Shown in pieces: positions 48,979 to 60,900 of a stretch of DNA of 64,000 nucleotides; within the stretch, counting starts at the first letter, position 1; the number at the start of each line of letters is the position of its first letter. The notes beneath the pieces are model-generated. The model had not been told where the DNA came from and made no database searches. It saw nothing but the letters and a program-made list of their open reading frames with translations. Source of the stretch: Rhynchopus sp. YZ270_cl-10 (Eukaryota). Made by a program: the position numbers and the translations under genes. The stretch lies in assembly GCA_964035575.1 (NCBI GenBank), contig OZ037846.1:1302001-1366000 (forward strand). Direction: 5' to 3'.

Positions 48979-49420
48979 GCGTAGCAGATCGGTTACTAAC
49001 GTGTCCGGTTACTAACCGTCATGGCATCCTCATGAAGGGTGAGGGCGCATGTGACTACTTGCAGGGAAGCCAGAACCGCAGATAACCTTGTTGCGTATAC
49101 CTCTTTGGCGAAAAGTATGTGTGTCTGGGTCGCGCGTACCTAGTGAATCTCGGTTCGGGGAATCCATCCAGAATAGCCGTCCATTCGGAACCAGCGAAAA
49201 AGGTGACTGCAAAAGAAAACCTGAAGTTTGAATAAAATGGGTTTCAATGCCCAAGACAGCGAAGCGGTAACAGCAGAATACGTAAGATTGAACAGCAGGT
49301 AGCAATGGCCCAACACAGCGACGCGCTTAACGCAAAAAAAAAACGAAACTTGCCCAAGCGGGACCCATGGCCCAAAACAATGAAGCGGTAATTGCATAAA
49401 CGTAAGCTTGAATAAAGCGC

Positions 49421-50685
49421 TACCCCATAACAATATCAGGTGGTTAATATCGACTTCTTACCCCATAGCAACATCAGGAGGTTAATAAACCAAGCGGATC
49501 GACTTCTTACACCATAGCAACATAAGGTGGTAAATAAACCAAACGGATCGACTTCTTACACCATAGCAACATCAGGAGGTTAATAAACCAAGCGGATCGA
49601 CTTCTTACACCATAGTAACATAAGGTGGTTAATAAACCAAGCGGATCGACTTCTTACACCATAGTATCATAAGGTGGTTAATAAACCAAGCGGATCGACT
49701 TCTTACACCATAGCAACATCGGGTGGTTAATAAACCAAGCGGATCGACTTCTTACACCATAGCAACATCGGGTGGTTAATAAACCAAGCGGATCGACTTC
49801 TTACACCATAGCAACATCGGGTGGTTAATAAACCAAACGGATCGACTTCTTACACCATAGCAACATCGGGTGGTTAATAAACCAAGCGGATCGACTTCTT
49901 ACACCATAGCAACATCGGGTGGTTAATAAACCAAGCGGATCGACTTCTTACACCATAGTATCATAAGGTGGTTAATAAACCAAGCGGATCGACTTCTTAC
50001 ACCATAGTAACATCGGGTGGTTAATAAACCAAGCGGATCGACTTCTTACACCATAGCAACATCGGGTGGTTAATAAACCAAGCGGATCGACTTCTTACAC
50101 CATAGCAACATCGGGTGGTTAATAAACCAAGCGGATCGACTTCTTACACCATAGTATCATAAGGTGGTTAATAAACCAAGCGGACCGACTTCTTACACCA
50201 TAGCAACATCGGGTGGTTAATAAACCAAGCGGATCGACTTCTTACACCATAGCAACATCGGGTGGATAATAAACCAAGCGGATCGACTTCTTACACCATA
50301 GTATCATAAGGTGGTTAATAAACCAAGCGGACCGACTTCTTACACCATAGCAACATCGGGTGGTTAATAAACCAAGCGGATCGACTTCTTACACCATAGC
50401 AACATCGGGTGGTTAATAAACCAAGCGGATCGACTTCTTACACCATAGTATCATAAGGTGGTTAATAAACCAAACGGATCGACTTCTTACACCATAGTAT
50501 CATAAGGTGGTTAATAAACCAAGCGGACCGACTTCTTACACCATAGCAACATCGGGTGGTTAATAAACCAAGCGGATCGACTTCTTACACCATAGCAACA
50601 TCGGGTGGATAATAAACCAAGCGGATCGACTTCTTAACCCCATAGTAACATCAGGTGGTTAATAAACCATGCGGATCGACTTCTT
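49421..50685 (+). repeat. 49-bp minisatellite, ~25 units
   Basis: Unit CCATAGCAACATCGGGTGGTTAATAAACCAAGCGGATCGACTTCTTACA with a few recurring variants. Confidence 0.97.
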
Positions 50686-51297
50686 TCATCACGCACATGG
50701 ATGGAACGTGCAGGACGTATGCTGGGGTGCGACGTTCTCTGCAACCGTCTTTGCTTTCGCGACGCTGAGTGCGAACACGACCTGCGTCTGCTACCGTGCA
50801 AGGTGGAGGTTGCTCGAGACTGTTTCGAAGGAAAAAGAATCCTCAACTGCAACAGACGAATGGATGTACCAGATAGGTGGGAAGAAGCATTGGGAGGACT
50901 ACAACACAGTGGTGCGTGGGTACCTGCGCGGTGAGTGCTGTGACACGGACGTTGCTAAGGCGTGGGCGGAGGCGGGTGGGAGAGGCACACCAGCACGCGA
51001 AGTTCCTTCCGGAAACGTGCAGTGGTGTGTGTTCCTGTGTGCATCATTGCCATGCGTCTATGTGTGTCGATGTGATGGACCGTAACTTATCTGGACAGTA
51101 TTATAAGTTTACGCAAAAACTGTACTTTATGATTCTTTCGAGTTAAAACTCTTTTGTAGTCCAGATATGATATTTTCGATGTATTTGTTTGATCTGCAAG
51201 GTACGTCGCTATTTTTGGTTTCCTTGACACAATAAGTTGGACTAGTCGAAAGTGTTGAGTGCAATGGTGCGGGGTTCTAATTTTGTGTCAGAATGCC

Positions 51298-51872
51298 CGG
51301 TGGATAATAAACTAAACGGATCGACTTCTTACCCCATAGTAACATCAGGAGGTTAATAAACCAATCGGATCGACTTCTTTCCCCATAGTAACAACAGGAG
51401 GTTAATGAACCAAACGGATCGACTTCTTACACCATAGTAACATCAGGAGGTTAATAAACCAAACGGATCGACTTCTTACCCCATAGCAACATCAGGAGGT
51501 TAATAAACCAAGCGGATCGACTTCTTACCCCATAGTAACAACAGGAGGTTAATAAACCAAACGGATCGACTTCTTACACCATAGTATCATAAGGTGGTTA
51601 ATAAACCAAGCGGATCGACTTCTTACCCCATAGCCACATCAGGAGGTTAATAAACCAAGCGGATCGACTTCTTACACCATAGTAACATCAGGAGGTTAAT
51701 AAACCAAACGGATCGACTTCTTACCCCATAGTAACATCAGGAGGTTAATAAACCAAACGGATCGACTTCTTACCCCATAGCAACATCAGGAGGTTAATAA
51801 ACCAAGCGGATCGACTTCTTACACCATAGTAACATCAGGTGGTTAATGAACCATGTGGATCGGCTTCTTATT

Positions 51873-51875
<3 letters not shown>
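51298..51875 (+). repeat. 49-bp minisatellite, ~12 units
   Basis: Same unit, mostly the CATCAGGAGG variant. Confidence 0.97.
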
Positions 51876-51917
<42 letters not shown>

Positions 51918-52701
51918 CGTTTTGAAAACTGATATGTTTACAAAAACAGAGCCAAATAGAAAAGGTAAGAAAATGAGAGTCCTGAAGTACAGAAAGTGGT
52001 GTGTGAGAAGGGAGGAGCACAGGTGAGGGTGAAAACAGTTAGAGCGACCGTAGCATTTCCCCTGTCAACTGCGTTTGACCTATAAGAAAAAAAAAATATA
52101 GGAAAAAAAAATACCCCTTTTCAGAAGGGGGGGGAAAAATACAGTATCACACCAAGGTGGACTCATTTAAAAAAAATCGTCAATTTTTCGCCAAAAAAAT
52201 GTCGATACTGAAAATACACGTGTTGGGAACGCGCGTGACCATATTTTTTTTTAGTCTGGGCGTTTTTTTTTTCACTGGCGTGACGGGAAAAAAAAAAGCA
52301 TATAGTGGAGCACACTCTAGGGTGGCTACACTGATACAACCAAGTTTTCAAAAAAAAAAAACGTCACGCTCGTTCCCAATCCGTGGAAGAAAAAAAAACA
52401 AAACAAAAACAAAAGCAAAAAAAAAACAAAAAACGGTACGAAAACAAAAATCGCATATTTCTTTCTCCTTCTGACCTTCTGACATTCTGACCTCCAATCA
52501 CATGCACTGGGCACTCCATTGCTATAACCTGTATATTATTTTATCATGGCCGTGGGAACTACACTCTCTTCTTATCAACAACCCGCGGACCACCCTGCAT
52601 CCACCGGTGTACGGCGTTTTGCACTTTCAACTCTTTTCCCCCCCTCAACCCTACCTTCACCACACACACACCTCCAGCATCACAAAAGCGAACACCACAC
52701 A

Positions 52702-54035
52702 ATGCTCAACACAACACGCCCTGAGATGTGGTGGCGCGAGCTGCCTGCAGAGCTTTCCTTCACCCGCCCCGCCGAGATGGCACGGTGGGCCATGGAGACC
52801 GCAAGCGACCCACGCACCAAAGAATGGCCTACTATGGCGTCACCAAGCTTCAACTGGAGCTGCTCGCTGCTGTACGTCCTCTTTATCTATTTGGCACCGA
52901 AGGTGATGGAGAAACGCGCTGCGTGGGATCTTCGTTCCGCAATGGTTGTGTACAACGTTGGAGTCATTCTACTGAACCTTTACATGTTCCTCGAGATTCT
53001 GCACCAAACCGTTATGTTGGATATGAGCTGGGTCGGCAACGCGGTTGATTACTCTGAGAAAGGTACCGGGCTTGCCGCGGTGTTGTACTTATACTATATG
53101 TCGAAGCTTGTGGACTATGCCGACACCTTCTTCCTTGTCATGCGCAAGAACGCCCACCAGCTCTCCTTCCTGCACGTCTACCACCACACCTTCATGTTCT
53201 GGGTGTGGTGGCTCGGGATCCGCTTCGCGGCCGGGGGCGACTCCTGGTTCTGCGCCTGGGTGAACTGCTTTGTTCACGTCGTGATGTATTCCTACTACCT
53301 TTCTTCCTGTCTGGGGATCCGTCTGCAGGGAAAGCGCTATGTGACTCAGGTATGTTGGGTAAGAGGGAGGTTTTTTTAAGGCTTTGGCGTCATTTTAAAG
53401 AAAGCTTTAAAAAAGCTGAAAAGCGATGAAAACCATGCCGACCTAATTCATTGGTGGTGAGTCAGGGCAGGGGGGTTTCCACGTTGGTTGAGGAGCAACC
53501 CACATATGGGGGTAGACGGGGGTGAAACGTTTTTGTTTTGAATTAAACTCTTTCCCCCCAAACCCCTTTTTTGTCTTTGTTTTCTTTATCCAAACGGCAA
53601 GTGGATGCGTAATAATTTTGTCTTAGCCTTGCTGTTCCCTCGATAAACCATAAATTGTTGGTTGTTGGATCGCACGAAAAAAAAAAAGGCGAGGTGAAGT
53701 CGATCAATTTATCAATTTGTCAAAAAAAAAAAAAATAACACACTTTTTTACAGCTCCAACTCCTGCAATTCGTGCTTGTGATTGGACACTCGGCATACTC
53801 GCTTCACATTGACGCACACTACCCACACTGGATTCTGTGGGCGCTGATCGGCTTCCTCTCTTCGCTGTTCATGCTCTTCAGCAACTTCTACATCCAGGCA
53901 TACTTTAAGGGGGGGAAGAAGTCCACCAAGACTGCGTCCGACTCTGTTAAGGTGGCAAAGGTGACTAAGGTGGACAACCCTGTCCGTGAGCCCTCCGTAG
54001 ATGCGAAAGACTCAGGGCTCCGGAAGAGAATATAA
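52702..54035 (+). CDS. ELO/GNS1-SUR4 family fatty-acid elongase, two exons
   Basis: Exons 52702-53349 and 53754-54035 (GTATGT...TTACAG intron). Motifs KLVDYADT, FLHVYHH, NCFVHVVMYSYY, TQLQLLQF, LFSNFY; basic C-terminus RKRI. Start codon inferred. Confidence 0.95.
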
Positions 54036-54393
54036 AATCCGCAAATAAATTCGAAAAAAAAAACTTTGTTCCGTTTTTGGAGCGAAGTGATTGTCGACAC
54101 AACAAAAAACAAAAAAAATGGGGGATTGATTTTTTGACGGTCCCTAGAACCTCCGTTCTGAGGGAAGGAAGCAACTGTTAGGTTTTACCTTCTCCATTCC
54201 CGTTTCTCTCCCCCCCACCCCCTCCTACTAATTGACAAACAGTGCAATTGAAAAAAAAAAAACCCCCCAAGAAATACAAAGCTTTTTTTTTTGCTTCGAC
54301 ATTTGAAAATACTGTAAAAAATAGGTGCACCTCTGATTGTTTCTGGAAACTTTGCGAGCATCCATCCCTCTTCCCTTCCCCCCCCCCCCTAGG

Positions 54394-55548
54394 CATAGGT
54401 GCCGGCCGAGTCGTTTTTGGGCGAGTTGTCCGAACTCCACGATTTTACCAAACAACTCGCCCAAAACTCGGACAACTCGGCCACAACTCGCCCTATACTC
54501 GGCACAACTCGCCCTATACTCGGCACAACTCGGCCACAACTCGCCCATTTTTACAGGCAAAAACATACAGGGATGGGAGGTGACGTTGTAAGGTTACACA
54601 CATGTAACGTTGGTACAACACATGATCTCAAGAAAAACAACCAGGGCTAAGGCCAAACGCCACTCATTACATGCACCTTGTCATATGACTAGTCATAGGT
54701 GGTAACTAGGTCGTGGTGGTCCATGGGCCACCGTGCACACTCACGGTTTTTGGTAATTGCTGGGGGGAATGGGATATACTCCGTACATGGATACCCACAT
54801 AGAACACACGGTTCCCCAGACATCTGTCAGGCAATCACTGATTCACTTCACACAGGTCGGGCAGGCGCTGCCTGCCCATCCTCTTTTCCTGTCTGCTATC
54901 GATTCCAGGTTCACAACGTTCACACGTTTAGTCAAAATGCTTTGGGCGACGACTTCCTTTGGGATACACAAAACCACACAAAGCGCACATTCACAGACCA
55001 GCTGTGAAGCGTGGGATGCACAAGATAAAACGTGATGTGGTGTACCTGTGTACCTGTGTACCTGTGTACCTGTGTACCTGTGTACCTGTGTACCTGTGTA
55101 CCTGTGTACCTGTGTACCTGTGTACCTGTGTACCTGTGTACCTGTGTACCTGTGTACCTGTGTACCTGTGTACCTGTGTACCTGTGTACCTGTGTACCTG
55201 TGTACCTGTGTACCTGTGTACCTGTGTACCTGTGTACCTGTGTACCTGTGTACCTGTGTACCTGTGTACCTGTGTACCTGTGTACCTGTGTACCTGTGTA
55301 CCTGTGTACCTGTGTACCTGTGTACCTGTGTACCTGTGTACCTGTGTACCTGTGTACCTGTGTACCTGTGTACCTGTGTACCTGTGTACCTGTGTACCTG
55401 TGTACCTGTGTACCTGTGTACCTGTGTACCTGTGTTTTTGTAGCCATAAAAAATCCCAAAAAAAAACAACTCGCCCAAAAAAAATGGGCGAGTTGTTGGC
55501 CGAATTTGGGCGAGTTGCCGAGTTGTTTTAACTCGCCGGGCACCTATG
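54394..55548. mobile_element. CATA-terminus TIR element, 6-bp TSD, carrying (CCTGTGTA)n
   Basis: CATAGGTGCC / GGCACCTATG; TSD CCTAGG; CAACTCG subterminal repeats. Confidence 0.88.
55040..55435 (+). repeat. Perfect 8-bp tandem array (GTGTACCT)x~49
   Basis: Uninterrupted units; the same upstream flank with only ~3 units occurs at 31900-31941. Confidence 0.98.
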
Positions 55549-55552
55549 CCTA

Positions 55553-56954
55553 GGGGGGGTCACATCCCATGTAAAAAGTGGGGACCCCGACCAAAAAAAA
55601 ATTTTTTTGAGCAAAAAATGGACATCACCTCGAAAAACCAGAAAATATGGTCCCCAGGTGACCTACAATTCAATTCCGCCTGGTTTTGGACACTTCTGAG
55701 CACTTGTGGGGGTCTAATTTGAAATTTTCAAAAAAAAAATAACGGCCTGGGACAGGGTTTGTACCTGGGCACCTTTCAAATCGGGGTACAATCAAAACCC
55801 ATTAAAAACACCGCTGGGACTCATTGAGAGGGCGGGAAAAGTGCCGGGGACACTGTATAGGCGGTTCTACGCCAAGTCCGCTCTAAAATCCTTGTGTAGA
55901 CGCAGTGGAATGGCAGTAAAGGCAAAGCGCCGTATCCACTGTGGAGTGGGCCTGCTGAAGGTGTCCTCAGAGGCGATTCTGCCAGCCCTGGGGAAATTGG
56001 GTTAGGAACACGCGCAAAAAGGGGAGGAAAGTGGCTTGTGTGGTGTATTGGGCCTCCCACGCGCATCCTCGCGGGTCATTGCGCACGACTTGTCTTCAAG
56101 CAGTCTGGCCTTGCCACATTGGAGCAGTGCGTAAGTTCCCCAAGACGGCGTTCCTTGCCCTTGTGAGCTTTGAGGACGTCCCGCTCTTGCAGCTGTATAT
56201 TGTGGCGTGCCTGGCCGTATCCACGAGGGATGTCTCTTTCCTCCCACAATAATCTGAGCGTGGGGTCTGAAGAAGATAAAGAAGACGAGGCTGATGCGGG
56301 GCGGTGCTTTAGTCGAGTCCACGACTGGATATCCATATACGTGGCTAGTACAGGGCTATTGAAGGCTGAACTGCAAAACCAAGGGGGGGAATTGGTCATT
56401 GCAATATCTGGAAAGTCATACGAGGTGTTTTTTTTTGAAGGGGAGGTACCCTGAGGGACCGGGTGAGGCAGTGACGGCAGATCTGCTTGATAATTTACAC
56501 CTGACTAGTTTTCCTCCCTAAATTGATCACTCCCTGGCCTATTAATGGTGTGGGTACCTAAGCGTGTGTAGTAATGGGTCACTACGACCCACAAAATACA
56601 GATGCCAGGTGACCGTCTTGTCTTCTTTTGGCTGTATTCAAACGCACTTAGATGACATTAGGCAAGATGTATCCTTTACTTCCTAGAATATGAGGCATGG
56701 GCTGTTGCCGTGGCCATATCTTGTTTATGTGCTAAAAAATAGGAATAGGCAAGGTACAGACCCTGTCCCACGACCCCTTTTTTTTTCGGAATTTTGATTT
56801 TCTGGTCACTTCTGGTCACTATTTTTGGTATTTTCGGGCCTCCAGGACGTTTTCTGGGGGGTCTTGGGTAGTGACTTGTGGGGTCGGACACTGCTCTGCG
56901 CGTAGATATACAAAATCCTGAAAAAGTGCAGGGTTCCCCCCTTCTGACCCCCCC
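55553..56954. mobile_element. Probable TA-flanked element with GGGGGGGTCA termini
   Basis: TA|GGGGGGGTCACA...TCTGACCCCCCC|TA; GC-richer decayed coding-like interior. A related left end starts at 57924. Confidence 0.55.
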
Positions 56955-56958
56955 TAGG

Positions 56959-57919
56959 CATACCGTGCAGACGAGTCGTCTACTCGTCTATCCTCGTCTT
57001 TTTGGGTCACGACCCAAAAACTCGTCTTTTTACTCGTCTTACTCGTCTATCCTCGTCTCATACTCGCCTATCCTCGTCTATCCTCGTCTGTACTCGTCTA
57101 TCCTCGTCTTGACGAGTGCTGTACTCGTCTCATACTCGTTTGTTAGGCCCTGTGAGGTGCTCACGGGTGAGCGTTGTCCGGCCAGCCAGTAGACCTCTTC
57201 GCCGGTGTCTTTCTGTGTCTTGCAGTTGACAGTACCAAAGTCCATTATTAATGTACTTTTGAGTAACCCGTACAACTGTCTCGTGTGTTCCAGTGTGTCG
57301 ATGTTGTCTGGTGATCGATATTGCTCTCCATCTCCGCACGTAAACGTGCTGCAACACAAACGTTCCACCTACGTTACCTACAACTGCTCAGATGGCAAAG
57401 GGGAAGGGGAGGGGGAGGGGACTCGTTACCTGACGTACAAGGAGGCAGGAGCACATAGTAGCGGTATCCGAACTCCGAAATAGGAAGGTGACAGCTGCGT
57501 GGAGATCACACGACTACACGTCTTCAATTTATATACAATGGGTTTTTGCCGCTGTGCATTGTAGTATATGTAGTATATACGTACCTCCCCCCGTGTATTT
57601 GTCCTGTGTATATGTCCGTGTTGGTCGAGGCTCGGACATATCCGCAAACCCGCAAAAGGAATATACACATGCCTTCTGACATTACACATGCCGGACCTAT
57701 GCACAGTTCAGGTAGTATATACTACATATACTACAGTGCGCAGCGGCAAAAACCCATTCCGAGCTTTCCGTCCGGTACGTTGGCGGGGCATCTCCGGTCA
57801 TATGTGTATAGATGTATATAAAATGGGACACTCGTCTGTACTCGTCTGACGAGGATAGACGAGTATCGAGACGAGGATCGCCACTCGTCTCACTCGTTCC
57901 GACTCGTCCGCATGGTATG
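56959..57919. mobile_element. CATA-terminus TIR element, 6-bp TSD
   Basis: CATACCGTGCAGACGAGTC / GACTCGTCCGCATGGTATG; TSD CCTAGG; ACTCGTC subterminal repeats. Contains a 44-bp-arm inverted repeat at 57537-57758. Confidence 0.9.
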
Positions 57920-60900
57920 CCTAGGGGAGGGTCACTGGGTGAACAAAATCCATTTTTTTGAAATTTAAATTTAGACCGTTCTAAGTACAAAAAAACCATA
58001 CATTCGGACCCTGGGGGTGTGGGAAATGAATTTCCGCCCGGTTTTGACCCACTATATACCCCAGAGATTACTTTTTTGAGCTTCTTGAAAAAATGAGACA
58101 GAACTTGTACCTACCCACCGAGACGGAACTTGAACCTTTTCACCCCTCCATTCATCGAACCTAAATGCGGTCTATCTCCGGTGTAAAATCACTCAAAACC
58201 CCCTAAAAAATGCCACGGGGTGTGAAAAATCCCCAGAACGCGCATGAGACTGCGGCTAAGTTTGTTGCGAGGCCTTCTATTTGGAAGCTGCCTATGTGTC
58301 AGGTGCCTTTGGATAAGGTACAGAGCGCTGTGGGGAGCCAGTTGCGGGGTCTTGTTTGGCACGATGTTGCAGGGAGCTGGAGGACTGTGACTCTTGCTCA
58401 AACTTGCTGGGACTGGGACTCTTGCTCGTACAGTGACTCCCGCTCTTGTGAATCTCACTTCATCCTCTCTGTCCCGACTCTCTCTCCACTCACGCCCCAC
58501 TGCTCACGGTGCCCCCGGCACTACCCCAACCCCAAAAAAACACTTCCAAAAGTGTCAAATATGTCCAAAACAGGTTGGAATGGACTCACAGGCCACTTTT
58601 GGGGTATATTTGTGCCAAAGAAGGTTTTGTGATGTCAAAAAATAACCGTTTTTTTGGTTTTTTCTTGAAAAATCGCTATTTTGCCCAAAATGGCCAAAAC
58701 CGCCAAAAAGCCGTTTTTTCACTATTTTTTTCCATTTTTTTGTATTCTGGGGTGGCTTCTGGGTCGTTTTTCGGCCCACAGGCCCCCTGTGACCCACTCT
58801 GAGGGTGTTTTTCACCCGCAGTTGCCTTGGAGATGACCAGAAGTTTAATAATGAGTTTTTGGTACGGTCATTTTACTCACAGTCGTATCCCCTACCCCCT
58901 CTTTTTTTGGAGGGGTGAATGACAGGGGCGGGAAAACAGCCTTGAAGAAATTACTTGAAAATCATCAAGTGCAGACACAAATTTCTTCTTTCCTTTTGCG
59001 CAGCAGTGGCAGGTGGCGTACTGTGGTCTGGCTGAGCGCATCCCTGAACCTATACGTTCTATATGCACCCAAAACGGTCCTGTACGCGCCAAAACGCGGG
59101 GTAAAACATCAGGTGGAATTGTCGAACAAAAAACAGACAGTGGAGATTGCACAACTGTGGCAACTACACTACTCCAACAATTTATCAAATAAAAAAAGAT
59201 TGCATGTATCTTATCGAGGGAGCCCTATTGTACTTTTCTCTTCTTTGATTTGAAAGTATGAAACCATTTTATTTTTATTATTTTTTTTTTGAAAGCTCCC
59301 CCCAAAAAACAGAACTAATATTTGACCCTTACCCCCCCAAAGTGGGAAAAGTAAACTATTTTGAGTAGATTCGTCTTTCCAGAGACATTGAGTTCTGTCT
59401 TGGGTAGGCGATAATGTACTCGAAATTTAATCCGACAAAAAATGAAGAAGCGAGGGAGGGAAGGGAAGGGAAGGGAAGGGGAGGGGAGGGGGTAAATTGA
59501 ATATACGGTGGAGCTCATCCTCGTACACAACCGAGTTTTCCAAAAAAAGAAGAAAAAAGAAAAAAGAAAAAGAAAGAGGTTGTTCGAGCATCTGAGCCCC
59601 CCCTTTTTTTGTGTATTTTTTATCCTAAGCGTAGCTTAAAATGAGGAGAAATAGTTCCGATATCGGTCGCCAATCACTCAAACAGGGCAATTGAGCAACC
59701 AGAAAATCGCAAAAAAAAGTGCAGCCGGATTTCTGATGCATTTTCATGGTAAAGTGCATCAGAAATACACTACAAAGCACCACGGGGAACTTTTGTAAAA
59801 AAAAAAAACTTGGTTTGTAAAAAACTAGGGGTTTTTTCACACCCCTCATGTTTTTTTTTTTTACTGACCCTTCTTTTTACTCTGTGGTCACTTTTGTAAA
59901 GACTTTCGCGGCTTCTATCACGCGAAGAACGATGTATCGAAGAAACACAGTTCCTACAAGGTGACTGACTCACTTAAGAGAACGAGGCCGATGATGTTGT
60001 CTCTGAGACGTGGTTATTATTATTATTTTTTAAATTTGTGTCGCCCGCCTGATTTTTACCCCGCGTAAAGGCGTGTACGGACGGTCCGTATATGCCTGTA
60101 CGGTCCTATACGGCCCTATACGCGCCTATACGCGGGGTAAAAATCAGGTGGGTTGCGTGCAAAAATACCTTCAAGGCTCTCTGCAAGAAACTGCTCTGTC
60201 GTCACGAAGCTCTTTCAGCAGTTCTCTTTGTTTTTTTTTAAAAGGGTATTTTGCGTCTGCGCACTTTTTGTGTATCCTTTAATAAGAAGGTGTGCGCTGA
60301 GATGAGACTTTCCCTTCACATTGTTGTGCTCGTTCTCGGGGTGACAAAAGGAAGCTGTGTATTATCCTTTCCTCCAAAAAGTCAATATGGTGCTAACCTC
60401 TTGTTGGAAATAATGGGCCAGATCATTGCTGTGTGTGTTTTTTTTTGTTTCTTTTTCTTTTTTTAGGATATTTTGTACATTTTTTTTTCGCCGAAATTCG
60501 GTGAATGCGAATCCACAAGAGGCGTTTGCACTCGCAGGTCACATTTTTTTGATTGTGATCAAGGTGGCATAAGCACGAGGGGCTTAGGGTCATCATTTTT
60601 TTTTTATTTTAAGTCGCGGTTGTACGCGAACTTGCAAGGAAAAGAGGATATGGGTCGGTTCAGTGTATTCCACAGAACCGACACCTTTTGGTATGTCTCA
60701 GCTGAAAACCAAATAATTTTTATATAAAAGAGTTTTTGAAGGAAAGAAAACCCATCATGTTTTTGACTTTTTGATTGTACTCACACAATTCCCCTCTTTG
60801 TTCTCAAAAGTACAAAAAAAGCAACAATTTTTTTTTGTAAAAACCAAAATGGTTGGCAATCTTGCAAATGGTGATACATTGTGGGCTGTCGATGGACAGC

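Larger units (their letters stand above)
47943..52085 (-). mobile_element. Non-autonomous split-direct-repeat element (TOC1/Ngaro/VIPER-like tyrosine-recombinase retroelement architecture)
   Basis: Identical 176-bp repeats at 51910-52085 and 48166-48341; identical 91-bp repeats at 48342-48432 and 47943-48033. On the minus strand the order is A1-internal-B1-A2-B2. Confidence 0.8.

Noticed and set aside
49421..51875. CRISPR-like array
   Set aside because: The 49-bp units are contiguous with only a few recurring variants. There are no unique spacers and no cas genes, and the context is eukaryotic.
52546..52701. Upstream ATG extension of the elongase ORF
   Set aside because: Low-complexity C/A-rich sequence containing an F4 repeat relic; ATG 52702 gives a normal-length elongase.
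55820..58632. Protein genes in ORFs 56031-56252, 56170-56454 and 58210-58632
   Set aside because: Fragmentary, no recognisable motifs, and inside repeat shells; probably decayed transposon coding DNA.
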